Shown here: in pieces, positions 11,957 through 26,100 of the stretch
How positions within the stretch are numbered: position 1 is the first letter of the stretch
How the letters are laid out: every line of letters starts with the position of its first letter
Source: Chrysomallon squamiferum
Lineage: Eukaryota > Animalia > Mollusca
Assembly (NCBI GenBank): GCA_012295275.1
Contig: CM022667.1
Span: 4,216,001 to 4,280,000, forward strand
Direction: 5' to 3'
DNA length: 64,000 nucleotides
Made by a program: the position numbers and the translations under genes
Notes under the pieces: generated by a model
Told to the model about the DNA's origin: nothing
The model's database searches: none
What the model saw: only the letters and a program-made list of their open reading frames with translations

Positions 11957-13134
11957 GCATAGGGAGTATGTCTAATTACACACGAATAGTGAGAGACAAC
12001 ATTAACAAAATCGTGGAGACTATAGTTGCCAAGGAGAAGGGTGACGTGCGTCTGGCCCTGGTTGAATATTGTCATCACCATCATTCAACCTTTGTCTCAG
12101 AACCACACAACTTCACCAGCAACATTTCTGAAATAACAGAATGGCTGGAGAACTGCTATACTGGCGGTGGTGACGATGAACCGGAACCTATAGCAGACAG
12201 CCTTCGCTTCCTCGTAAACTTCAAATGGCGTCCTGCAGCAACAAAGATAGCAGTTTTAATAAAGGACGCCCCACCGCAGGGTCTGGACGAATTGATTGAC
12301 GAGTTTCCAGATGACTGTCCCGCAGGGCTGGATCCTCTGCAGATAGCACGAGATCTTGCTAAGAGAAAGATAACTCTGTACGTTGTTGGGTGTGAACCGT
12401 CACTGAAACCATACAAAGAGTTTTTCACGGGTTTGGCGTACATTACCGGGGGTCAGTATGTTCCCCTGGAAGGGCATCGGGCGTTGACGCAGATTATTAT
12501 CGGAGGGGCCCGGGAAGAGCTGTCCCTGGAGCAGCTGATGGACGAGGTCAATCGCGAGGTGGAGAAGGAAGTCGGAGAAGAAGAAGCTTACAACCTTGAC
12601 GATTTAGCTGTGAAGATTTATTCCAAACTGTCACGCAAAGATTACAAGGTGAAGAAGCTGACCAGGAATAGAGTTGATGTATGTCAGATCAGTGAGAAAG
12701 CAAAGACCTCAGAAGCTTTAATAAATGAAGATATAAATGTCAGGATTGCAGAACATGATCGAGATTACTCCAGAGGAGACAACGAGTATGAACGGGTGGA
12801 GTTGTCGCTCGATCTGGAACAAGTTCAGAGAATGGTGATGAAATCACATGCCAGGACGAAACACACAGGTATTTGTTATTATTTATTTATTTATTTTTAT
12901 TTATTTTATTGTTAATTATTTATTTATTTATTTATTTTTTTTTTTTTTTGTGATGGAGATGATTTAAGTTTTACATACTTTCAAAAAACTATTTATAAAA
13001 AGCAACCAAACTATTTTTAAGATTTGTGCAGTTTAAGGGAACTGGGCACGTATTTATGTTATCAAGGTTTTACATTTAATGCCTTTTTGATTTTAAACAA
13101 CATTGTCTCAGAATCTTATTTCAAGAAACATAGT

Positions 13135-13174
<40 letters not shown>

Positions 13175-14118
13175 AAAAGTAAACAAACAAACAGAAAAAA
13201 CTGTTTTATGAGTAAATTTTTAAATGAAAGTTCGTACATAAAATAGGTGAAATAAATATATTGATATGTGTATCTGACACAATAAAATAATTCTTAATTT
13301 GTTTTAACGGTGTATCAAATGTGGGACGCCGTTTATTTTGGAAAGCTGATCCAATGGTATTTAATTTTTGTATGCAGATTTTGGTTCTAAAATTTATAGA
13401 AAAACATGTACATTTTGGTCTTGAACCATCAGATGTCCTTTGATTCAATTTGATCTATTTATCAGTGTTATGTGGCTTTAAACGACGTTTCTTGACTGTT
13501 ATACACTTTTGATTAGGATTTTTCACAAATCGAAATAAAAATGTTTATCGGTTTTTTGCTGTGTGCGTATGTATGTCTAGGTGTGTCTGTATGTGTATGT
13601 GTCTGGGTGTGTGTGAATGCTAGCATTTGTGTTTTGTTCTATATTTTGTTTGTGTGTGTGTGTTGGTGTGCTTGTTTTTTGATGAAGACTGAATCTTTTA
13701 GTTATTAATTTGTCAGATTCCACCAGGGCTGATAAACTCGACTTGGCGATTGTCATGGACTGCACAGGTAAATATATGTGTAATCGTCAAACAACACAAA
13801 TTATATTTAGCAGTCTCGTCTAATAGTGATTTAGATGATGACAGTTTCTTCTTGATTTATTTTCATCACAACTGAAATAAACTTGGATATTTAAATTTTA
13901 AAACTGTTTATCCATCAAATGGACAACACAACTTTTGAATATATATATATATATATACCATCTGATGTCATTTACATATTAAACAAGGCAAAATGGATCT
14001 TTATTTATATTAACTGTAGAGCGATTACTTTTAATCTTATGTTACAAGATTGGTTCTTCATCATCATTTTCTTCTTCTTCTTCTTCTTCTTCTTCTTCTT
14101 CTTCTTCTTCTTCTTCTT

Positions 14119-14149
<31 letters not shown>

Positions 14150-17100
14150 TTATTATCATTATTATTTGTAGGCAGCATGAGAAGGTACATAGAAACAGCA
14201 ACAAATAACATTAAAAACATTGTTGACAGGATCGTATCAGAGAAAACTGACGTACGTTTGGCCTTGGTTGAATTCCGTGACCACCCACCACAGGACAAAA
14301 CCTTTGTCACAAAACGACACGACTTCACCAGCAGTATTTCTCAAATGAAAGAGTGGCTGGAGAACTGCTCTGCTGACGGCGGTGGCGATGGACCGGAAGC
14401 TGTAGCAGACGGCCTTCATGACCTTCTTAAACTGAATTGGCGTCCTGAAGCAACAAAGATAGCAATTTTAATATCGGACGCACCACCTCACGGTCTGGAC
14501 AAAAGTGGTGACGAGTTTCCAGATGGCTGTCCCGCAGGGCTGGACCCTCTGCAGGTAGCACGAGATCTTGCTAAGAAAGAGATAACTCTGTACGTTGTTG
14601 GATGCGAACCGTCACTAAAACGATACAAAGAATTCTTCACGGGTTTGGCGTACATCACTGGGGGTCAGTATGTTCCCCTGACCGGGTATGAGGCGTTGAC
14701 TGAGATTGTTATTGGAGGGGTCCAGGAAGAGCTGTCCCTGGAGAGACTGATGGGGGAGGTCAATCGAACGGTGGATAGGGAAATCCTAGATTGCGAATAT
14801 AAGAACCTTGATGAATTAGTTGTGAAGATTCACTCCAAACTGTCACGCAAAGATTACAAGGTGAAGAAGTTGACCAGAAATGGAGCTGGTGTGTGTCAGA
14901 TCAGCGAGAAAGCAAATGCTTATTCAGAAATGAACACAGTCTCCGAGGCTTCAGAAGCTTTAAAATACAAAGAAAATTATAACGCTATTGATACCTTTAG
15001 ATCGATACTGCTTACAAGTCTGTCGTACCTGGGCAGCATATTGTATGGTAAAACACCAGGCATGTATAAATTTAATTTATTTTTTATTACTACTATTTTC
15101 TTTTTTAGGAAGATGATTTATTATATACTTCTTAAAGTATTTATTTATTTTATACATATTTTCATTATTATATTTTCAACAGAATCTTCAGATTTATTAA
15201 CAAAATACAAACGAATACGCATGCACGTATGCACAGACACGTTTTTACACAGAAATCTGGTCCTAAACGCAAGTTTCAGATAAAACGTATAATGAACATT
15301 ATGACCATATTGCTTTCAGTTCATTTTTCAGTATTTACAAATATTTTGTTTTTCCAAATGGTTTTCCAGCAGACGTTGAAAATAATGATGAGTTTGCCAC
15401 ATTCGAATGTGTGAAGGTGCCTCTAGATCGCGAACAAGTGAAGAGAATGGTGAAAAAATCACTTGGCAGAAATCATCCAGGTATTTATAGATTTTTATTT
15501 TATTATTATTTGTTTTGTATGGCATGTTTTACATTTTACATACTTTTTAAAAATTGTATTTTTTTTATTGTTATATTTTTATATAAACATAGTTGTTTAA
15601 GTTTTTACTTTAATGTAATATAAAAACTATGTAGAACCTTAGATTTTATTTTGTAATTTATATACAGTCACAAATATGCATGGACACATGTACAGAAATA
15701 ATATGTTGTCAATGTGTGTATTGTCATCTTTTTAAATGGTTTTAGCTTTGATGACACTCTGATTTTAAAGAACGTTTTCAAAAATAGTATTCATTGGAAC
15801 ATTATTTAAAAATCATAAATATCCCCCCCCCCCAAAAAAAAACATGCAAACAAAAAGAAAACCCACTGTTATGAGACAGATAATCTTACAAAAAGGAGAT
15901 TTTATATATATTTATTAGAACTATGACATTTGATCTGACCCGATTCTGATGTAATTGACTACTGCTGTAAAAAAGGATGTTGTAAATGGAGGGGACTGGT
16001 GTTTGGAATTTTGGGGAAGCAGTTATGCATTTATGTTATCTTTACATAACAGATATTGATAACTATATCTAAAACTTTATTAAACAGAATCAAGTGACAT
16101 AGATTGAATTTTCTTTTCAATTAATAATTTTACAGGTTTCTCGTTCACTTTAAGACTCGACATGGCATTTGTTCTGGACTGTACAGGTAATGATATTTTT
16201 CATTTTGTTTTTAACTGAATCAAAAATAATTTTCTAGTTAAATGATTTTAATTTGATTAACAGACACATCTAATATATGATATCTGTTATCTTGATAAGC
16301 TAATGAAATCTTATCTATGTTATTTAATTTTAAATTGCAAGTACTAGTACAATAATTTGTAGAAAGCAATGCTGACCTTTATTCACTAAGTGCGCCTATA
16401 CATTTTACAAAATTAGTTCGTCTTCCGACAACAGCAAAAACAACATGACCAACAACAGGAACAGTAACAACAACAACAACAGCAAGAACAAGAACAGTAA
16501 CAATAACAACAACAGCAGCAACAACAACATTAACAATTCTTCTGAATGTGTCTGTTTTTGTCCATATGTGTGTATGTTAATGTCTACTGTTTGTTTGTAC
16601 GTGTGAATGTCAGGATGTGTTTGTTTATGTGTGTGTATGCATGTCTGTGAGTGAGTGTGTGTGAATTTGTGTATATGTCCTTGCGTGTGTGTATATGTGT
16701 GTCTGTTTGTGTATGTCTGTATTTGTGTGTATGTGTTTGTGTGTTTGAATCTGTGAATGTGGTGTATGTATGTCTGTCTGCATGTTTGTGTCTCTGTGTG
16801 TAATCGTCAAAAAACACAAATTATATTTAGCAGTCTCGACTAATAGTGATTTAGATGATGACAGTTTCTTCTTGATTTATTTTCATCACAACTGAAATAA
16901 ACTTGGATATTTAAATTTTAAAACTCTTTATCCATGAAACGGCCAACACAACTTTTGAATATATACATACCATCTGATGTCATTTACATATTAAACAAGG
17001 CAAAATGGATCTTTATTTATATTAACTGTAGAGCGATTACTTTTAATCTTATGTTACAAGATTGGTTCTTCATCATCATTTTCTTCTTCTTCTTCTTCTT

Positions 17101-20100
17101 CTTCTTCTTCTTCTTCTTCTTCTTCTTCTTCTTCTTCTTCTTCTTCTTCTTCTTCTTCTCCTTCTTATTATTATCATTATTATTTGTAGGCAGCATGAGA
17201 AGGTACATAGAAACAGCAACAAATAACATTAAAAACATTGTTGACAGGATCGTATCAGAGAAAACTGACGTACGTTTGGCCTTGGTTGAATTCCGTGACC
17301 ACCCACCACAGGACAAAACCTTTGTCACAAAACGACACGACTTCACCAGCAGTATTTCTCAAATGAAACGGTGGCTGGAGAACTGCTCTGCTGACGGCGG
17401 TGGCGATGGACCGGAAGCTGTAGCAGACGGCCTTCATGACCTTCTTAAACTGAATTGGCGTCCTGAAGCAACAAAGATAGCAATTTTAATATCGGACGCA
17501 CCACCTCACGGTCTGGACAAAATGGTGACGGGTTTCCAGATGGCTGTCCCCGCAGGTCTGGATCCTCTGCAGATAGCACGAGATCTTGCTAAGAAAGAGA
17601 TAACTCTGTACGTTGTTGGATGCGAACCGTCACTAAAACCATACAAAGAATTCTTCACGGGTTTGGCGTACATCACTGGGGGTCAGTATGTTCCCCTGAC
17701 CGGGTATGAGGCGTTGACTGAGATTGTTATTGGAGGGGTCCAGGAAGAGCTGTCCCTGGAGAGACTGATGGGGAGGTCAATCGAACGGTGGATAGGGAAA
17801 TCCTAGATTGCGAATATAAGAACCTTGATGAATTAGTTGTGAAGATTCACTCCAAACTGTCACGCAAAGATTACAAGGTGAAGAAGTTGACCAGAAATGG
17901 AGCTGGTGTGTGTCAGATCAGCGAGAAAGCAAATGCTTATTCAGAAATGAACACAGTCTCCGAGGCTTCAGAAGCTTTAAAATACAAAGAAAATTATAAC
18001 GCTATTGATACCTTTAGATCGATACTGCTTTGGAGTCTGTCGTACCTGGGCAGCATATTGTATGGTAAAACACCAGGCATGTATAAATTTAATTTTTTTT
18101 TTTATTACTACTATTTTCTTTTTAGGAAGATGATTTATTATATACTTCTTAAAACTATTTATTTATTTATTTTATACATATTTTCATTATTATATTTTTT
18201 CAACAGAATCTTCAGATTTATTAACAAAATACAAACGAATACGCATGCACGTATGCACAGACACGTTTTTACACAGAAATCTGGTCCTAAACGCAAGTTT
18301 CAGACAAAACGCATAATGAACATTATGACCATATTGCTTTCAGTTCATTTTTCAGTATTTACAAATATTTTGTTTTTCCAAATGGTTTTCCAGCAGACGT
18401 TGAAAATAATGATGAGTTTGCCACATTCGAATGTGTGAAGGTGCCTCTAGATCGCGAACAAGTGAAGAGAATGGTGAAAAAATCACTTGGCAGAAATCAT
18501 CCAGGTATTTATAGATTTTTATTTTATTATTAATTGTTTTGTATGGCATGTTTTACATTTTACATACTTTTTAAAAATTGTATTTTTTTTATTGTTATAT
18601 TTTTATATAAACATAGTTGTTTAAGTTTTTACTTTAATGTAATATAAAAACTATGTAGAACCTTAGATTTTATTTTGTAATTTATATACAGTCACAAATA
18701 TGCATGGACACATGTACAGAAATAATATGTTGTCAATGTGTGTATTGTCATCTTTTTAAATGGTTTTAGCTTTGATGACACTCTGATTTTAAAGAACGTT
18801 TTCAAAAATAGTATTCATTGGAACATTATTTAAAAATCATAAATATCCCCCCCCCCCAAAAAAAAACATGCAAACAAAAAAAAAACCACTGTTGTTATGA
18901 GACAGATAATCTTACAAAAAGGAGATTTTATATATATTTATTAGAACTATGACATTTGATCTGACCCGATTCTGATGTAATTGACTACTGCTGTAAAAAA
19001 GGATGTTGTAAATGGAGGGGACTGGTGTTTGGAATTTTGGGGAAGCAGTTATGCATTTATGTTATCTTTACATAACAGATATTGATAACTATATCTAAAA
19101 CTTTATTAAACAGAATCAAGTGACATAGATTGAATTTTCTTTTCAATTAATAATTTTACAGGTTTCTCGTTCACTTTAAGACTCGACATGGCATTTGTTC
19201 TGGACTGTACAGGTAATGATATTTTTCATTTTGTTTTTAACTGAATCAAAAATAATTTTCTAGTTAAATGATTTTAATTTGATTAACAGACACATCTAAT
19301 ATATGATATCTGTTATCTTGATAAGCTAATGAAATCTTATCTATGTTATTTAATTTTAAATTGCAAGTACTAGTACAATAATTTGTAGAAAGCAATGCTG
19401 ACCTTTATTCACTAAGTGCGCCTATACATTTTACAAAATTAGTTCGTCTTCCGACAACAGCAAAAACAACATGACCAACAACAGGAACAGTAACAACAAC
19501 AACAACAGCAAGAACAAGAACAGTAACAATAACAACAACAGCAGCAACAACAACAACATACAATTCTTCTGAATGTGTCTGTTTTGTCCATATGTGTGTG
19601 TGTTAATGTCTACTGTTTGTTTGTACGTGTGAATGTCAGGATGTGTTTGTTTATGTGTGTGTATGCATGTCTGTGAGTGAGTGTGTGTGAATTTGTGTAT
19701 ATGTCCTTGCGTGTGTGTATATGTGTGTCTGTTTGTGTATGTCTGTATTTGTGTGTATGTGTTTGTGTGTTTGAATCTGTGAATGTGGTGTATGTATGTC
19801 TGTCTGCATGTTTGTGTCTCTGTGTGTAATCGTCAAAAAACACAAATTATATTTAGCAGTCTCGACTAATAGTGATTTAGATGATGACAGTTTCTTCTTG
19901 ATTTATTTTCATCACAACTGAAATAAACTTGGATATTTAAATTTTAAAACTGTTTATCCATCAAATGGACAACACAACTTTTGAATATATATATATATAC
20001 CATCTGATGTCATTTACATATTAAACAAGGCAAAATGGATCTTTATTTATATTAACTGTAGAGCGATTACTTTTAATCTTATGTTACAAGATTGGTTCTT

Positions 20101-23100
20101 CATCATCATTTTCTTCTTCTTCTTCTTCTTCTTCTTCTTCTTCTTCTTCTTCTTCTTCTTCTTCTTCTTCTTCTTCTTCTTCTTCTTCTCCTTCTTATTA
20201 TTATTATTATTATTTGTAGGCAGCATGAGAAGGTACATAGAAACAGCAACAAATAACATTAAAAACATTGTTGACAGGATCGTAGCAGAGAAAACTGACG
20301 TACGTTTGGCCTTGGTTGAATACCGTGACCACCCACCACAGGACAAAACCTTTGTCACAAAACGACACGACTTCACCAGCAGTATTTCTCAAATGAAAGA
20401 GTGGCTGGAGAACTGCTCTGCTGACGGCGGTGGCGATGGACCGGAAGCTGTAGCAGACGGCCTTCATGACCTTCTTAAACTGAATTGGCGTCCTGAAGCA
20501 ACAAAGATAGCAATTTTAATATCGGACGCACCACCTCACGGTCTGGACAAAAGTGGTGACGAGTTTCCAGATGGCTGTCCCGCAAGGCTGGATCCTCTGC
20601 AGGTAGCACGAGATCTTGCTAAGAAAGAGATAACTCTGTACGTTGTTGGATGCGAACCGTCACTAAAACGATACAAAGAATTCTTCACGGGTTTGGCGTA
20701 CATCACTGGGGGTCAGTATGTTCCCCTGACCGGGTATGAGGCGTTGACTGAGATTGTTATTGGAGGGGTCCAGGAAGAGCTGTCCCTGGAGAGACTGATG
20801 GGGGAGGTCAATCGAACGGTGGATAGGGAAATCCTAGATTGCGAATATAAGAACCTTGATGAATTAGTTGTGAAGATTCACTCCAAACTGTCACGCAAAG
20901 ATTACAAGGTGAAGAAGTTGACCAGAAATGGAGCTGGTGTGTGTCAGATCAGCGAGAAAGCAAATGCTTATTCAGAAATGAACACAGTCTCCGAGGCTTC
21001 AGAAGCTTTAAAATACAAAGAAAATTATAACGCTATTGATACCTTTAGATCGATACTGCTTACAAGTCTGTCGTACCTGGGCAGCATATTGTATGGTAAA
21101 ACACCAGGCATGTATAAATTTAATTTATTTTTTATTACTACTATTTTCTTTTTTAGGAAGATGATTTATTATATACTTCTTAAAGTATTTATTTATTTTA
21201 TACATATTTTCATTATTATATTTTCAACAGAATCTTCAGATTTATTAACAAAATACAAACGAATACGCATGCACGTATGCACAGACACGTTTTTACACAG
21301 AAATCTGGTCCTAAACGCAAGTTTCAGACAAAACGCATAATGAACATTATGACCATATTGCTTTCAGTTCATTTTTCAGTATTTACAAATATTTTGTTTT
21401 TCCAAATGGTTTTCCAGCAGACGTTGAAAATAATGATGAGTTTGCCACATTCGAATGTGTGAAGGTGCCTCTAGATCATGAACAAGTGAAGAGAATGGTG
21501 AAAAAATCACTTGGCAGAAATCATCCAGGTATTTATAGATTTTTATTTTATTATTATTTTGTTTTGTATGGCATGTTTTACATTTTACATACTTTTTAAA
21601 AATTGTGTTTTTTTTTGTTGTTATATTTTTATATAAACATAGTTGTTTAAGTTTTTACTTTAATGTAATATAAAAACTATGTAGAACCTTAGATTTTATT
21701 TTGTAATTTATATACAGTCACAAATATGCATGGACACATGTACAGAAATAATATGTTGTCAATGTGTGTATTGTCATCTTTTAAATGGTTTTAGCTTTGA
21801 TGACACTCTGATTTTAAAGAACGTTTTCAAAAATAGTATTCATTGGAACATTATTTAAAAATCATAAATATCCCCCCAAAAAAAATGCAAACAAAAAGAA
21901 AACCCACTGTTATGAGACAGATAATCTTACAAAAAGGAGATTTTATATATATTTATTAGAACTATGACATTTGATCTGACCCGATTCTGATGTAATTGAC
22001 TACTGCTGTAAAAAGGATGTTGTAAATGGAGGGGACTGGTGTTTGAAATTTTGGGGAAGCAGTTATGCATTTATGTTATCTTTACATAACAGATATTGAT
22101 AACTCTATATCTAAAACTTTGTTAAACAGAATCAAGTGACATAGATTGAATTTTCTTTTCAATTAATAATTTTACAGGTTTCTCGTTCACTTTAAGACTC
22201 GACATGGCATTTGTTCTGGACTGTACAGGTAATGATATTTTTCATTTTGTTTTTAACTGAATCAAAAATAATTTTCTAGTTAAATGATTTTAATTTGATT
22301 AACAGACACATCTAATATATGATATCTGTTATCTTGATAAGCTAATGAAATCTTATCTATGTTATTTAATTTTAAATTGCAAGTACTAGTACAATAATTT
22401 GTAGAAAGCAATGCTGACCTTTATTCACTAAGTGCGCCTATACATTTTACAAAATTAGTTCGTCTTCCGACAACAGCAAAAAAACAACATGACCAACAAC
22501 AGGAACAGTAACAACAACAACAACAACAAGAACAAGAACAGTAACAATAACAACAACAGCAGCAACAACAACATTAACAATTCTTCTGAATGTGTCTGTT
22601 TTTGTCCATATGTGTGTATGTTAATGTCTACTGTTTGTTTGTACGTGTGAATGTCAGGATGTGTTTGTTTATGTGTGTGTATGCATGTCTGTGAGTGAAT
22701 GTGTGTGAATTTGTGTATATGTCCTTGCGTGTGTGTATATGTGTGTCTGTTTGTGTATGTCTGTATTTGTGTGTATGTGTTTGTGTGTTTGAATCTGTGA
22801 ATGTGGTGTATGTATGTCTGTCTGCATGTTTGTGTCTCTGTGTGTAATCGTCAAAAAACACAAATTATATTTAGCAGTCTCGACTAATAGTGATTTAGAT
22901 GATGACAGTTTCTTCTTGATTTATTTTCATCACAACTGAAATAAACTTGGATATTTAAATTTTAAAACTCTTTATCCATGAAACGGCCAACACAACTTTT
23001 GAATATATACATACCATCTGATGTCATTTACATATTAAACAAGGCAAAATGGATCTTTATTTATATTAACTGTACAGCGATTACTTTTAATCTTATGTTA

Positions 23101-26100
23101 CAAGATTGGTTCTTCATCATTATTTTCTTCTTCTTCTTCTTCTTCTTCTTCTTTCTTCTTCTTCTTATTATTATTATTATTATTATTATTTTTTATTTTT
23201 GTAGGCAGCATGGGAAGGTACATAGAAACAGCAACAGACAACATTAAAAAAATTGTTGACACGATCGTAGCTGAGAAAACTGACGTAAGTTTGGCCCTGA
23301 TTGAATACCGTGACCACCCACCACAGGACAAAACCTTTGTCACAAAATCCCACGACTTCACCAGCAGTATTTCTCAAATGAAACGGTGGCTGGAGAACTG
23401 CTCTGCTGACGGCGGTGGCGATGGACCGGAAGCTGTAGCAGACGGCCTTCACGACCTCCTTAAATTGAACTGGCGTCCTGCATCAACAAAGACAGCAATT
23501 TTAATAACGGACGCACCACCACACGGTCTGGACAAAATTGATGATGGGTTTCCAGATGGCTGTCCCGCAGGTCTGGATCCTCTGCAGATAGCACGAGAGC
23601 TTGCTAAGAAAGAGATAACTCTGTACGTTGTTGGATGCGAACCGTTACTGAAACCATACAAAGAATTCTTCACGGGTTTGGCGTACATCACCGGGGGTCA
23701 GTATGTTCCCCTGGCCGGGTATGAGGCGTTGACTCAGATTATTATTGGAGGGGCCCTGGAAGAGCTGTCCCTCGAGAGACTGATGTGGGAGGTCAATCGA
23801 AAGGTGGATAGGGAAATCCTAGATTGCGAATATAAGAACCTTGATGAATTAGCTGAGAAGATTCGATCCAAACTGTCACGCAAAGATTACAAGGTGAAGA
23901 AGTTGACCAGAAATGGAGTTGGTGTGTGTCATATCAGCGAGAAAGCAAATGCTTATTCAGAAATGAATACAATGTCTGATGCCTCAGAAGCTTTAAAATG
24001 TCAAGAAAATCACGAAGCTGCATTGGACAGCATGTCTAATGGTAAACCACCATGCATATATAATTTAATTTTTTTTTTATTACTATTATTTCCCTTTTAG
24101 GAAGATGATTTATTAAATACTTCTTAAAACTATTTATTTATTTATTGAAATACAGTTATTTTCATAGTTATATTTACAACAAAACCTTCAGCTTTAACAA
24201 AACAGAAACCAATAAACATGCACATATGCACAGAAAGAAAAAGACACATTTTTTATATAGAGAGCTGGTCCTAAATCTGACACTGACGCAAGTTTCAGAC
24301 AAAACAAATAACCAACATTATGACCATATTGGTTTTTATTCATTTTTCAGTATTTACAAATAATTTCTTTTTCCAAATGGTTTTCCAGAAGACGTTGAAA
24401 ATAATGATGAGTTTCCCAGATACGAATGTGTGGAGGTGTCTCTTGATCTCGAACAAGTGAAGAGAATGGTGAAAAAATCACTTGCCAGAAATCATCCAGG
24501 TATTTATAGATTTTTATTTGATTATTATTTGTTTTTTGTGCCATGTTTTACACTTTAAATACTTTTTAAAAATTGTATTTTTTTCTTTATTATATTTTTG
24601 TATAAATACAATTTTTTTTTCTATTTTTTGTATTAACCTAATACGAAAATTACGTAGAAGCTTAGATTTTGTTTTCTAATTTATATGCAGTCACAAACAT
24701 GCATGGACATAAGAAATAATAAGTTGTCAGTGTTTGTATTACGATCTTTTTAAATGCTTTTACGTTTGATAACATTTTGATTTCGAAGAACATAGTTCCA
24801 AAATATTATTCAGTGGCACATATTTAAAAAACAAACCAAAAATATTCCCCCCCAAAAACATAAAAAGCAAAAGAAAGACAACACGTTTTAATGAGCCAGT
24901 TAATCTTACAAAAAGGAGATGTAATATATATATATATATATATATCTAACACTTTGTTAAACAGAATCAAGTGATATAGATTGGATTTTCTTTTCATTAA
25001 TAATTTTACAGATTTCTCGTTCACTGATAAACAACCTTTAAAACTCGACATGGCATTTGTTGTGGACTGTACAGGTAAATATATTTTACATTATGATTTT
25101 ATCTAAATAAAAAAAAAATAAAACATTTAAGATAAAAATCATTCTTAATTTGTTTTAAAGATGTATCAAAAGTGGGATGCTGTTGATTTTGGAAAACTGA
25201 TCCAATGGTATTTAATTTTTGTATGCAGATCTTGGTTCCATAATTTATAGAAAAACATGTACATTTTGGTCTTGAACCATCAGATGTTCTTTGATTCAAT
25301 TTGACGTCATAATCAGAGTTATGTGGCTTTAAACAACGTTTTCTGACTGTCATCAAATTTTGATTAGCACGTTTCACAAATTGAAACCAAAATGTTTATG
25401 AGTTTTTCGGTGTGTCAGTATGTGTGTGTGTGTGTGTGTTTTGTGTTTTAGCATTGTGTTTTTTGGTGTTTGTGTGTTGGTATGTGTTTGATTATGATTG
25501 TCAATTAACACAAACCTATTGTGAATACTCTCTACATCTAGTGATTTAAATGATGACAGTTTCTGGTTGGTTTACTTTCAGCATAACTGAAGTAAAATTG
25601 GATATTTTCTTTTTAAAATTGTCTTATCCATTAAGTGGCAAACACCACTTTTGCATATGCGTCTGCATAGATATATACAAAATGTACCATTTACCTGTTA
25701 AACAAAGAAAACTGGATCTTTAATTATATTAACTCTAGAATGAAATGAATAAACATAACCAGACCAAACATTATTTTATTTTATATTACAAGATTGTTTC
25801 TTTTTTCTTCATCATTTTCTTCTTTTCTTCTATAATTACCTCACCATCATTATCATTGCCATTATCATGATCATTAAATTGTATTATTATTATTATTATT
25901 ATCATCATCATCATTAAATATTATTAAAATTATTATTATTACCATAATCACTGCCATCATTAAATAGTATTGAAAGTTGTTATTTACAGGGAGTATGTCT
26001 GATTACATATGCCATGCTAGAAACAACATTGACAAAGCTGTGGAGACGATCACAGCCACAGAGACGAGTGACGTACGTGTGGCCCTCGTTGAATATTGTT

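Larger units (their letters stand above)
13780..24900 (+). repeat. Tandem segmental duplication with ~3.0-kb period (vWA modules 2-5, introns included)
   Basis: Main-exon starts at 14172, 17190, 20220 and 23205 (periods 3018, 3030, 2985 bp); introns are nearly identical. Confidence 0.95.

Noticed and set aside
11830-11962. Poly-Leu/poly-Phe N-termini of vWA ORFs as signal peptides or TM helices (also 13919, 16934, 20081)
   Set aside because: They are (TTA)n/(TTC)n intron tracts upstream of clear AG acceptors; the true N-terminal strand comes from the mini-exons.
12156-12443. Antisense ORFs over vWA, zinc-finger and TNF exons (e.g. 2914, 23449, 26237, 54259)
   Set aside because: Shadow ORFs of real coding exons with no recognisable motifs.
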